Part shown: positions 51,553-64,000 of the stretch, one piece after another | How the letters are laid out: every line of letters starts with the position of its first letter | How positions within the stretch are numbered: position 1 is the stretch's first letter | Source of the DNA: Eledone cirrhosa | Lineage: Eukaryota | DNA: 64,000 nt | Assembly (NCBI GenBank): GCA_964016885.1 | Contig: OZ024743.1 | Span: 257,672,001 to 257,736,000, forward strand | Direction: 5' to 3' | The notes under the pieces: generated by a model | Told to the model about the DNA's origin: nothing | Seen by the model: the letters and a program-made list of their open reading frames with translations, nothing else | The model's database searches: none | Program-made: the position numbers and the translations under genes

Positions 51553-52119
51553 ATGCTCATGTCAGTACATTACATATAACCATTGAAAGCAATCAATGCT
51601 TTATAATAACAGTATCTGTAATTACTCAGAGAATGTATTTTTATGTACCAATAACCCCAAAGTGACAGTTGATGATTTCACTTTATTGGACATGTTATAA
51701 TACGGATGCTTCTGGTGTGAAGAACAAGCTTGAACACACACCCGATTGCACTTATCAACTGGAAAAAAACAACCACAAACAAACATACTATATTTATTTG
51801 GTTATTTATTCATATTTTCCACGAAGTTATGATGCACCATGTTTGTTTTGTGTTGTTGTTGATGTTATTACTGTAGTTGTTTTTATTAATGTAATGTATT
51901 CTATTTGATTCATACATTTCCCCTTTATTTTATTAATTGTAAAACAGGTTGTTTTTTTTTTTAGGTCTTTTTGCCTTACTGCACGTCAAATGGTAAATAA
52001 GCACCATTTGGTTCGCTGTTTATAATGCTTGTTGATTTCAAGTATTAAAATGTCAAACTATGGTTGATCTAGCATCGTTAATGTTGTTATTGTCATCCTT
52101 GTCACTGTCATCAACACCA

Positions 52120-52338
52120 AACATTTGAAACATGTGGCCCACGGGCCACATGCGGCTCTTTACAAGCACATCTGTGGCCCGCACAAAAGTTTTTATAGTG
52201 TGAGCATCTTTTATCTTCGTAATATAAAATAAAAAAAATTAGTTGTAATGGACACAATTAGTTGTCATGTGTTGCCCTCAGACAACACATATGTGACCCA
52301 TATGGCCCTCGGCGACCCTCAGTTTGACATGCCAGATC
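52120..52338. mobile_element. hAT (Charlie-like) MITE remnant
   Basis: ggcccacgggccacatgcggc subterminal motif and gtttgacatgcc terminus, typical of hAT MITEs. Confidence 0.6.
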
Positions 52339-52492
52339 TACACTATTATTATTATTGTTCCTGACATTATTTTTTAATCTTTTTTCTTCTAATCTCTATG
52401 TAACCATAGTATGTAACCATAATATTATAATCTGTCTTTATATTGTCTCCTCCATCTGATGCCCGTGTGGCAATTAAAATGAATCATTATTG

Positions 52493-52950
52493 TTGGCAGT
52501 ATTGGTAGAGCATTAGACACCATGCATAGAGTTATGGGCCTTTACATTCTGAGTTCAACTCGACTGAGGTTAACTTTGCTTTTCATCTTTACGGGCTCAA
52601 TAAAAAAAAGTACCAGTAATGCATTGGGGGTAATTGCTGGCCTTGTGCCAAAAGTAGAAACATTATTATTATTGTTATTTCTGGCCGAGTATTGGAATTA
52701 GGGACCATTATTTAAAGGGCTATGGATATCATTATTTCATCAAGTGGATTGGCAGTATTGGTAGAATGTCGAACACTATGCTTTGTGACATAGAGTTATA
52801 GCCCTTTACGTTTTGCGTTCACATCTGGTCATGATTAGCTTTGTCTTTCATCCTTACAGGGTTGATAAAATAAAGCACCAGTAATGCACTGGAGTCGATT
52901 TAATCGATTTTACCCTCTTCCAAAATTGCTGGCCTTGTGTCTATAGTAGA
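52493..52950 (+). mobile_element. Two Meta-type SINEs (52493-52672, 52744-52950)
   Basis: Match the short and long consensus respectively. Confidence 0.82.
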
Positions 52951-52997
52951 CATCAATATCTGATCATCAATACAACACAAAAGCAATGAATGTATAA

Positions 52998-53478
52998 TTT
53001 TAACTCTTTCCTTATATTTTTGATGTTTGACACTGCCTATGATTATTAAATAAATTTGAAAATAATCAAGAATTCGTCATATAATTAACTTTTTCATTAT
53101 TAATCTTTTTGTACTATGTTTCTAATAAAAGATACTGCCAATGATTTTCAAATAATTTTGAAAATAATAAAAAATTTGCAGAGGTTTAGTAATATCACTA
53201 ATTTTCTGATTAATAATCATTCCAATTAACTTATACAGAAGTTTTAGATATTTACAAAAAATATTGATTATTTAATTTCTAAAATAGTACCTTAATATAT
53301 GATCCTTATATAACATTTTGATGGGAGATTTTAATTTAATTAGGAACCCTTTAAATTCAACAGTTTTGTTTCATAGAACCAAAGCTGGGTTTCACCAGGC
53401 TGGTGTCAAAAATATTAAAATAGCTTTTTATCATTGAACCAGAAGTAGTTTCATGTGGGTTTAGTATCAAAAAGGGTT
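52998..53478. mobile_element. MITE family 2 tandem partial copies
   Basis: Shared internal motifs; ends gtatcaaaaaggg. Confidence 0.5.
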
Positions 53479-54854
53479 CGTGAATATCACACTCATGTTA
53501 TCACAGGTTCTAAATAATAATGAAATGAGTCATTAGTAAGAATTACATTTCTCAAAGAAATCACATTCTCTAATAAAGGCATGTGGCCTAGTGGTTAGGA
53601 CGCTAGGCTCTTCATTATAATGTTGTGGGTTTGATAATGACACTCTGGGTATATTTGTCTTTGAGCTCAATATGCCTCCCAATGGTAGCAGCTGGGAATT
53701 AACTCTGCGATCAACTGCCATCTTATCCTTTGGTGTTTAAAGATTATTGACACACTTGCTCCCTTAAAGCCACTTTAAACTCGAATAAGCATGGAAGAAC
53801 AAACTTAAGACAATGACTGTTTCTCTCTGTCTCTCTTTCTCTCTTTCTTTCCCTCCCTCTATCTCTCTTTCTCTCTCAGAAAATCTCTAATTCCACAAAA
53901 ATAAAAAAAAATATTGTTAAAAATACAAAATAAATAAAAGGAAAGAAAAGGTTTTAAATTACCCAGAATGCCAAGTTTCAAATACTAAATTAAAGTAAAA
54001 TCAGATGAAATATAATTATTGGAGGAAAGAACATGTTGGTCTTATAGTCATGCTCAATGTTCATAAATCAAAAACGTTCTTTTAATCATCTTCGCTAGAT
54101 GGGAACTACCAAAATGGTTGCTTCTTTAGTATTGCTGCCCCCATAATTATTTCTCCAATTAGTAATCACAGTTTTCCAATCATTTTACCATTTCTCTGTA
54201 AGTCATTATGATTCATTCCATCAACATCAGTAAAATCTTTTTATCTTCTTGTGTATCCACATCTACGTCCTCCAACTTGACTCTCCCCACCCAGCTCTCA
54301 TACTCTTTTCTGGCTCATTCATCCTTCCATCTTTCTTAACATTCTCATTATTGTCAGCATCAACATCACCTTTTTATTAATCACCATAATCAAGACAATA
54401 AATTGGCTGAGTCGTTAGAACATCGGATGGAATGTTGCGCAGTATATTACGCACAGAGTTGAAATCACACCAATATCAACTTTGCCTTTCATCATTTCAA
54501 AGTTGATAAAGTATCAATTCAGTGATGGGGTTGATCCTTCCTTGTGGTAGAGTCATTAGTGTGTCGTATAAATACTTAGCAGTATTTGTTTTGTTTTTTT
54601 ACGTTAAAATCCCTCCAATGACAACTTTGCCTTTCATTCTTCTGGGGCTGATAGTACCGGTCAAGTACTGAGTTGGAATAAACAACTTTCCTTATTTCCA
54701 AGATTGCTGGCCTTTTGCCAAAATTAGAAACCATTATCATCATTATAATGGGTGTTGTCAATGCCATCTCCATCACAGTCCACATTATGATCAGCAACAT
54801 CCTCACCATTTTATGTCAATTTTTCCATACTTTCAATTCCATCACAGCATCCAT

Positions 54855-55100
54855 TCACTCATTGCAGCCCTTTATCACCTTTGTGAGCTTCAACATTTGA
54901 GATCAGCTCTCACAACCTCTTCCCAGATCTTTCTTTGTCTTCCTCTACTGCAGCATGCTTCCATTGGGATTTCTTGGCACGTTTTCGCCCAACAATCACC
55001 ATCTATATGCATCACATGACCATACTAATGCAGTCATCTATCCTGCAAACTGCACCTGATTTCTCTTATACTCAGCTTTTCTATAATCGCATCCAAGCTT
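54855..55100 (-). pseudogene. Old RTE C-terminal fragment
   Basis: YGHVMHIDGDCWAKTC...RGRQRKIWEEVVRADL. Confidence 0.75.
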
Positions 55101-55159
55101 TGCCGTTCACAGACTTTAGCATTGGAGCAATGTCATTATCATTATTATAAATATTATTA

Positions 55160-55290
55160 TTACGACCCTTGCCATTCTGAGTTCAAATCCCGCCAAGGTT
55201 AACTTTGCCTTTCATCCTTATGGGGTTGATAAAATAAAGTACCAGTAATGCACTGGGTAATTGCTGGCCTTGTGCCAAAAGTAGAAACAA
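55160..55290 (+). mobile_element. 5'-truncated Meta-type SINE (older copies at 54400-54735)
   Basis: TSD attattataaatattatt at 55141 and 55290. Confidence 0.8.
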
Positions 55291-55787
55291 TTATTATAAA
55301 TATTATTGGGTTTAGTATCAAAAAGGGTTGATCAAGATATTATTATAAATATCATGATCAACACCACCACCACCATCATAATTGGCATTGTCATCAATAA
55401 CCTACCATCAACATCATCATCATCACAAATAACTTCCTCCTGCTCATCATCATCATTCCCTTTCTCCATCACCTCCTTTTCCTTATCCAACAGGTTGTTT
55501 TAATCGATGCCCCATGCTGAGAAGTTTCTATTACATAACTGTGAAGACCCAAGATAACCAGATGTTTAACCCAGACTGAACTACCAAAAGCAATCGTTCT
55601 TCAAAAGTTGCTCCCTACAATACTCTAATTTGTGTTGTCTCCCTTGTCATCAAACTACTGCCATCTGCCATGCAGAATCCAGCCAGTTCATATATACTTC
55701 CATTCTCACTATAACAACACAGAAGTTGAATAATCCTTCTGGTGAAACACATGTCCTCAAATATGATTTATTAATTTGTTGTGGAAA

Positions 55788-55833
<46 letters not shown>

Positions 55834-55852
55834 TAAAATATATATATATATA

Positions 55853-56542
55853 TAACTCATTCATATTGTAGGTCGACTTTGCTTGGCCACAGCCAAAGCT
55901 TCGATTTTACTAAGCTTCCACTTGTATTATTTTCTCCTAGATTTAATAATTAACTAATTAATTTAATTAGACAATTCTGTTGATTGGTTAATTATTTGTG
56001 TTTGTTTAATAACATCTGGTTGAGAGCTTTTATTCGGAATGTTTGAGCGGAAATTATAATACTTCCCTTGTTAACACTTTGAATTTACCCGCCAAAAACC
56101 GGAGGTTGCTTCCATTGTTGGAAATAACATGTGACAATGAAGTGTTCAAAGGCTGCCTTCTGTAGCAGTGCATTTAGTTTGTTCACACCAGTTTGAGGCA
56201 GAACGGAATCCCTGTTGATGTAATGAATCCTCTGTTCGATCATGGAATACAACAAGCTTGCGTGTTACGTAAGTTGGATAAATGATTCCGGAATAATGGA
56301 AACACCTCAGACATATATCGTTTGATTTGTCCAGGTCTGTATTTTAACCTGTTAGTTCTTTCATTACTTTGGCATTGTATGGTTGGGTTTTGCCTACCGC
56401 AATGTTCAATTTGTCAAGCTATTTAAACATATGTTATTACTCTAAGGACCTACCCTTATTGAGTGCTTTGCTAACTCATTCCTATTGTAGGTCGACTTTG
56501 CTTGGCCACAGCCAAAGCTACGATTTTACTAAGCTTCCACTT
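55853..56542. mobile_element. Unclassified insert with 71-bp terminal direct repeats, embedded in (TA)n
   Basis: 55853-55923 and 56472-56542 differ at 2 positions. Confidence 0.55.
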
Positions 56543-57290
56543 ATATATATATACACACACACAATGCACAATCATCCCCTGCCTCTTCAATACACCACTA
56601 TGTCCTAAAACCACTCCCTTCGTCCATGTCCCTCCCTCCTTGCACCTCCCATGTCCTAACACACATCCCTAGATGTACCTCCCTGATCCCCATACACATC
56701 CCGTATAAAGCCAATACTGTAAAGTGGTCATGTATGTAACACAACAAAAAGCACCCAACACACTCTGTAAATATGGTTCCTGTTAGGAAGGGCATCCAGC
56801 GTTAGAAACCAAGCCCAAATCAGTTCTGTATGAGCAAGAAATAGTCATTTAACCCATGCTAGCATGGAAAAATTGATGTTAAATGATGATGATCATGACA
56901 CACACACACCCCACACACACAGATATATATATTTTTGATAACTATCTTTCATAACGATTCCATCAAGAAGATTTGCTCTTAAAAATATATATACCTTTAC
57001 AACCAATCTCATATGAAACTATATTCTTGATTTATCACATTGGTCTGGAGAAAAGATATTCCTTTATCCAAAAATTATTATATAGTGCAACATATATTAT
57101 ATATGCCACACAAACTGGCATTGTCACTACCATTTTCTGATAACTTTTCTAACTCGCATATATGGTTTCTACTACCAAAATGCTTTTAAGCTTAATGTTA
57201 AAAAAGTGTATCAAGTTTGACTGTTTTCCACCAAGAAGTTTACTGTATTGAGTGAAGTATTATTGTTAGTAGTGTATATATAAATAAAAT

Positions 57291-57325
<35 letters not shown>

Positions 57326-57673
57326 ATATATATGTGTGTTTGTGTGTATGTAAATGATTATGTACATGAGTAGAAAGAGAGAGAGAGAGAGGGGAAGAGA
57401 GGTAGAGATGTGCATAACTAAATGGGATTCTGTATCTTCTCCAGTTGATTCACTCTATGTATTCTGTACTTAAGCATTTTAGTTTTATTGACAGACTCAG
57501 TGGGTATTTGCTGATCGTTCCAATCTGACCCTTAAAACATAATTGAATCCAATTTTATCAGCTCAGTACAAAAGATAAGTGATGAGGTCATTGGTTTGTT
57601 AATTGTATTTTTCTAATAGTTGTAGATCTCCAAATGAAATGGATACTTCCATTATATACCTATCTATCTGTAT

Positions 57674-57782
<109 letters not shown>

Positions 57783-58155
57783 GCATGTTTATGTATTTAT
57801 ATATATGTGTTTGTGAATATATATATATATATATATGTGCGTGTGTGTTTCCTTTCTAAACATTGTTGATTTCTAACTAATGACAGCTGAATGGTCCATT
57901 AAGATTTTGTAGGTTGAGTGGAAACTTCTCATGAAAGGATTATTGTGTTTTTATAACATATTAGGCAACAATTCTAGTTGTCGTATTTATAGCCTGCTAA
58001 AGTTAACCCTAGATTCTGCAGCATTTAATCTTTAATGTTCTGTAGTTCATGAAACTGTAGTGATACAATATTATTGAAAAAGTAAAAACAAACAATGAAT
58101 CCACTAATATAAGAGGGATATGCACACAAAATTATTTTTTATCTAATTGAATTAA

Positions 58156-58505
58156 TCATCATCATCATCATCATCAACGTTTAACGTCCGTGTTCCACGC
58201 TTGCATGGGTTTGGACGGGGGACTGTCTGGCAGGTTTTCTACAGTTGGATGCCCTTCCTAACACCAACCACATTTACAGTGTGGGACTGGGAGGTTTTTA
58301 CCGTGTTGCCTACACGGCCACATTACAGCGTGGACTGTGTGTTTTTTTGTCGTGACACCTACACGATCTCATTTGTTTCAGCCTGGATGTTGTGGCACCA
58401 ACATAACTTTACATAGGAGGGGGTTGTGTGGATGGGGTGTGGGTGGTGGGACGGGGGTGTATTTTGTTAGAGATGCCTACTGGCTGTAGTAGGTTTTACT
58501 ATGTA
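58156..58505 (-). mobile_element. RTE family A 3'UTR-only copy
   Basis: Matches 34795-35187; (GAT)n tail. Confidence 0.9.
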
Positions 58506-58514
58506 ATAATAATA

Positions 58515-59013
58515 ATAATTGTTTCTACTTTAGGCACATGGCCAGCAATTTGAAGGGGAGTGGAAAGCCGATTAAATCGACCCCAGTGCATTACTGGTAG
58601 TGCTTTATTTTATTGACCTGTAAGGATGAAAGGCAAAGTTAACCTCGGTGGAATTTAAACTCAGAACTTAAAGGCCCATAACTTTATACTGCAATGCATA
58701 GTGTCTGACGCTCTAGCGATACTGCCAATCCATCACCCTATTATAATGATAATAACAACAACAACAATTATTATTATTGCTGTTGTTGTTATTCCAAAAC
58801 AATGTAAATCATTTCCGTTATGTATTAATAATTGTTTCTACTATTGGCACAAGGCCAGAAATTACCCAGTACATTACTGGTACTTTATTTTATCGACCCC
58901 GTAAGGATGAAAGGCAAAGTTAACCTCGGCGGGATTTGAACTCAGAATAGCAAGGGCCGTAACTCTATGCATCAAAGCATGGCGTCCGACCCTCTACCGA
59001 TACTGCCAATCCA
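58515..59013 (-). mobile_element. Two Meta-type SINEs (58515-58738 long, 58828-59013 short)
   Basis: Match the consensus; (ATT)n tails. Confidence 0.85.
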
Positions 59014-59616
59014 CTAATTGTTGTTTGTTAGCTTTCCTAGGAATGCCAAAAATAAAGATTAACCCTTTCCTTATATTTCTAATAAAATACACTAAGATTT
59101 TTAAATCACTTTAAATAGTAATGTTTTTAATCTAATACTAAACGATCTGTTCACAAATAAAGATACTATAATCATTTGAAGTAACAAATCTTCTATGGGA
59201 CATGTTCTGCCAAATCATTTCATAATTTTATGAGTTAACTTTATGAAATTATTACTGAAAGTATTGTTTCTACATGTTTTTCCATGCATAGTTCTCTGTG
59301 TGTTAAGTCTAGTACAGCATCTCCCAATGTCTTTTGCCATGTTGTTTGAGAAGTTCATTTTCTTATGACCAGCTTTCACCATCTTCACCCTTATCTTAAA
59401 AAATATGGAGTTAATGTAGACAAAGAAGAGATGCAAAGTGCAATAGTCATTGATAAGCAGTGGTTAGAGAACTTGACAAATCAAGTAATTAATTAGCCCA
59501 TTAATTTACTGATTAATTGCTTAATTATCTGATTAATAACACATCATGATTCTCCCAAACTACAATAATAATTTTTTTTTTCAAATTTCATGGTGTTCAT
59601 AATGAAATGAATATTA

Positions 59617-59774
59617 TCGCATTTCCCGGCGTCGAAGACGCTACTTTTTTTTCCTAAAATAAGTCTCAAAAATCCTGGAGGCCGAAGGTTGTTTATATTT
59701 ATTTTCAAATTTTTGGTTGTTAAAATTAGGGTGTGTCCTTGAGGACAAAGCATCTTCGGTGCTGGGAAATACTG
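59617..59774. mobile_element. Tc2/pogo-like MITE
   Basis: TA|tcgcatttcccggcgtcgaagacgct ... agcatcttcggtgctgggaaatactg|TA; imperfect ~26-bp TIRs. Confidence 0.7.
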
Positions 59775-60094
59775 TAATTTTGAAAATTAAGAAAAACTGC
59801 ATTTTCTGCAAAAACGTTACAGAACTATGAATTAGAAAATTATCAGCAGGATGTTAAGTGTTAAAAAAACAGTGATTTAAGTAAAAAATGAAATTGAGAA
59901 ATGCAACATTTTCCTATATGTATATACCATTTTGTCGAACACTATTCATATGTTCAAAAATATATATCTGTTCATTATTTTATTGAGTGAGAATATATTT
60001 GGTGTTCCTAGGGAAATACACAAACAGCAGTTACATGCTGTGAGTTATATTAATACATAATGGAAATATTGAGATTGAATAACAACAACAATAA

Positions 60095-60711
60095 TAATTG
60101 TTTCTACAATAGGCACAAGGCCAGCAGTGTATTACTGGTGCTGTATTTTATAGACCCCCGTTAGAATGAAAGGCAAAGTTAACCTCAACGGGATTTGAAC
60201 TCAGAATGGCAAGGGCCGTAACTCTATGCGTCTAAGCATGGCGTCCGACCCTCTACAACAATAATAATGATTTCTACTATAGGTGCAGGGCCAGCAATTT
60301 TTGGGGAAGGGAAAGTCGATTAAATTGACCCCAATGCATTACTGGTGCTTTATTTTATCGACCCCATAAGGATGAATGGTAAAGCTAACTTTAGCCAGGT
60401 TTGAATTCAGAATATAAAAGGCCGTAACTCTATGCTGTCCAATGTTCTACTGATTCTGCTAATCCACCACCCTTAACAACAACAGTAATAATAATTAACA
60501 TTATTATTTCTCACATTTCTAAGGCTGGTGGATTGGCAGAATCGGTAGAGAGTCGGACGCCTTGCTTTGCAGCAAACAGTTACGGCCCTTTATGGTCTGA
60601 GTTCAAATCCTGCCGAGGTTAACTTTGCCTTTCATCCTTACGGGGGTCGATGAAATAAAGTACCAGTAATACACTGGGATAATTCCTGACCTTGTGCCAA
60701 AAGTAGAAACA
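60095..60711. mobile_element. Meta-type SINE cluster (60095-60256 -, 60268-60472 -, 60518-60711 +)
   Basis: The 60518 copy has an 18-bp TSD attattatttctcacatt (60500-60517, 60712-60729). Confidence 0.85.
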
Positions 60712-60845
60712 ATTATTATTTCTCACATTGACCACAAGGACACAAGAGACTATAAATGTAAGATAGATAGATAAACAAGATCCAGGAAACAGTGAAGGGA
60801 TTTACATTGAGTAAAATGATAAGATCAATAATAAAGACAAATTAA

Positions 60846-61286
60846 CCCTTTGTATGACATATTTTATTGAAATATGTTGTCAACGATTTTCAAATCACAT
60901 TGAAAATAAACAAGAACTTTTATGGATTTTGTAATATAACTAACTTAATCATTATTAAGATGATGCATGGAACATAAAGGTTCTTACATATAATTATAGT
61001 TGGAAGGTGATTAGAAAAATATTAAGACATTAATCCATTCATTACCATATGTCTAATGAATGACAGTTTATGATTTTCAAATCTTTTTGAAACTAACCAA
61101 AACTTTGGAGGGACTTTTACTATAAATAACTGTCTAAATATTAAGAAGGTGCTTGGAACATAAACTAACAAAGCTTCTTAAATAGAACAATGATAGGAGG
61201 ATTTTAGATAAATATAGCCACTTTGAAATAAACAGTTTTATATCATAGAACCAAGGATGGTTTTAAGCAGATTGGTATTAAAAGGG
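60846..61286. mobile_element. MITE family 2, two tandem units
   Basis: TTAA|CCCTTT start, internal ttaatccattc restart near 61030, end aaaaggg. Confidence 0.55.
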
Positions 61287-61752
61287 TCATTATCATCATT
61301 TCATTTAGTGTTCATTTTTCCTGCTAGAAAGCATTAGACATTTCAGAGACCATGTTCATTTTATCATGACACCAGCGCTAAGGAAGATGCCATGTCTTGG
61401 ACATAGCTGAAGAATTTTCCTGACTATTTGTTGGGTAGTTTTTCTATGGTTGGAAACCCTTCCTATTACCAACCACTTTACAGCAGTAGAGTGGGTGATC
61501 ATTGATAAATAACTAATGAGGATTTCTACTTTAGGCCTAAAGCCTGTGATTTGTGGATAGGGAAAGTCAATTAAATCGTCCCCCAAAACATGACTGGTAT
61601 TTTATTTAATTGACCCTGAAAGGATGAAAGGCAAAGTTGACCTCAGAATTTAAAGAATCAGAAATACTGCTAAACATTTGTCCAATGCTCTACTGACTGA
61701 CAATCCACCACCCTCTAAATAACTAATAATAAATTAAATAGAAGTAACAGTC

Positions 61753-62935
61753 TCTTCTTCACCCACTTATTCCTGAGACGGTCAGGTGGACAGGGTCTTT
61801 AAACACTCCTCCCGGAGGGTCCTGTCAGAAGCAACCACCTCCGGCTGGATCCCCAAGAGAAACAGGCCAAGTTCATGGATGTTATCCAACCATCTTGCTT
61901 GGGGGTCAACTCCTGGATGTCTCTTGTCAGTTGGTTTTGCCCATAAAAATCTGTCCAGTGATTCTTTCCTGAGACATTATAACCACAAAAACATAATATT
62001 GGAGCTGGAAACTCTCAATTTGGAGAAGTAGCAGCTCTATCTGGAATGACTCTCAGATCTCCAAGCATTGCAATCTGTCAACTAACTTTACTCCAAAGAC
62101 CCTCCACAGGAAAGCCATTTCAGACGTTTATATTCGTGATTGCATTCTTTCGGTTATTACCCAAGATTCATGATCATAGGTAAAAGTTGGCACGAATACT
62201 GAATTGAAGATAGTGAGTTTAGCTTTCACACCTACTTTTCTTCTTACCAAATGCTGAAGCTGGCACATCACTACACCAGCTCCTGTGATTAATACAGCCC
62301 CTGCATTCCATCACTTGTGAACATGGTCCTGAGATATTTGAACATCACTTCTTCAGTGTAACTTCATTCACATGTAGAGTGCTTCCTTGAGATGACGAGT
62401 GTCTTAGTTCTGCCACACTGATTTTCTTTCCAGTCATGCAGCACTCGGCAGGAAACTTATCAAGTGCAAGCTTGAGTTCACCATCTGTTGAGTTAAGTAA
62501 CACCATGTCTGCAAATTTCAGCCGACTGATTTTACATCCACCGGACATATCACTTCCGACCTGGTTGAGCATGTCAATCCTGTTCATGAAAATAATTAAC
62601 AGGAGAGGTGACAGTGCATCCTTCTTCCAGCACATAGACATCCATAAATATACACAGTATAAGGAGAATCAGGGACAGAGATCAATAATTGATATTGTCT
62701 CTGATCTCTTCAATTATGTGCTGGATGTTCACGTTAAGAAAGGGGCTGAGCTGTCAACTGATCACTATCTAGGTATCTGCAACTTGAGCCTACCTAAAGC
62801 CAAAGACGTCTACAAAACTGGCAGGTCCAAGGTGACCTACAGGATAAAGTGGGAAGCATTGGTGGAAAAAGAAGTCAGGACCAGGTATGCAGATACTATT
62901 GCATCCAAATTCAGAGAACTCCCTGACAGATTATG
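61753..62935. mobile_element. RTE family C: 3' part on minus (61753-62625) joined to an inverted endonuclease-end segment on plus (62618-62935)
   Basis: Minus: ALSPLLLIIFM..FADMVL..FKYL; plus: FFQH.DIHKYT..RSIID..GAELSTDHYL..IKWEAL. Confidence 0.85.
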
Positions 62936-63617
62936 TCTTCTAGGTTTCAGATAAGCGTCTTGATGCAAAACCATCCGAAACCACTCAGCAAATGCAATGA
63001 TAACATGTGAAATGCTGGTGCTATGGGAAAATGGATTTATCATAATATACTGTGTGAAGGGGTTGGCATTAGGAATTGCACCGAGCTGTAGAAACCATGC
63101 CAAATACACAATGATTCAGCAATGTGTGGTTCTCCAACGAGTCCAGTCTTTGACATAGATGATCTATCCAACCCACAACGGCACAGAAAAAGGATGTAAA
63201 ACAATGATGCTGGTGATGATGGTAAAATTAGAAACATCATACATTTGATGTAGTATGATCATTATTCTGTGTGTTCCAAATCGTATGTTGTATTACAGTG
63301 ACTACAATAGCAGTAAATATAGCAGAGAGGGGGGAAATAGCATGTGTAAGTGTGAAAGAGTATATGTGAGCATATTTATATGTGAGCATGTGTATGCGTG
63401 AGCATTTGTGTATGCGTTAACATGTGTTTGTACATGTCAAGAGCCTATATGAAAATAAATTATAAAAAGTCAAAATGAATGTCTTTTCTTCAAATGTATT
63501 ATGAAATAATAGCCTTGTCAATTATTTACCAAAGGAGCAGCTGCGTGTTTTCTTTATGAGAATAAAAATAGCAATAGATATACATAATAAGGGGCAATGT
63601 GTGTGTTTTTGTGTATA

Positions 63618-63956
63618 TCATCATCATCATCATTTTACGTCCGCTTTTCCCTGCTTGCAAGGCTGGGACGGGAACTGATTCTGGATGCCCTTCTTAACAC
63701 CAACCTCATTTACAGTGAGTGCTGGGTGCTTTTTTTCCGTGGGGCCTACACGTCCACTTTACAGTGTGGGCTGGGTGCTTTTTTGCCGTGGCACCTCCAC
63801 GACGACTTTGCAGTGGTCCCTATCATCTCATTTCTATAGGAGCAATGTGAAATAAAGTGTCTTGCTCAAGGAAACAACACATCACCCGGTCTGAGATTTG
63901 AACTCACAAACTTTCGATTGCAAGGCCAATGCTCTAACCACTAAGCCATGTGCCTC

Positions 63957-63957
<1 letters not shown>
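63618..63957 (-). mobile_element. tRNA-CORE SINE with RTE-B tail
   Basis: Aligns with 36972-37305 and retains the extra RTE-B 3'UTR module. Confidence 0.88.

Positions 63958-64000
<43 letters not shown>

Overview
AT-rich, repeat-saturated eukaryotic DNA. The SINE/LINE repertoire and dense (TA)n/(CATA)n microsatellites suggest an octopus or other cephalopod genome; this is an inference, not verified. No host protein-coding gene, rRNA or tRNA gene can be supported, and most ORFs in the track are microsatellite read-through or antisense shadows of retroelements. The window contains: (1) three RTE-clade LINE families (A, B, C), including a near-intact ~1040-codon endonuclease-RT ORF (33317->30201, two nonsense mutations) nested inside an older copy of the same family; (2) a C4HC3 PHD-type zinc finger inside the RT domain of families A and B; (3) more than 25 tRNA-derived SINE copies, including a CORE-type SINE whose 3' tail derives from RTE family B; (4) Penelope-like remnants carrying minimal hammerhead ribozymes, some as fold-backs; (5) a ~590-bp non-coding element with an HDV-like ribozyme fold at its 5' end; (6) piggyBac-, Tc/pogo- and hAT-like MITEs plus R4/Dong- and CR1-like fragments. 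Family names rest on motif recognition from memory, not database searches, and many boundaries are approximate.
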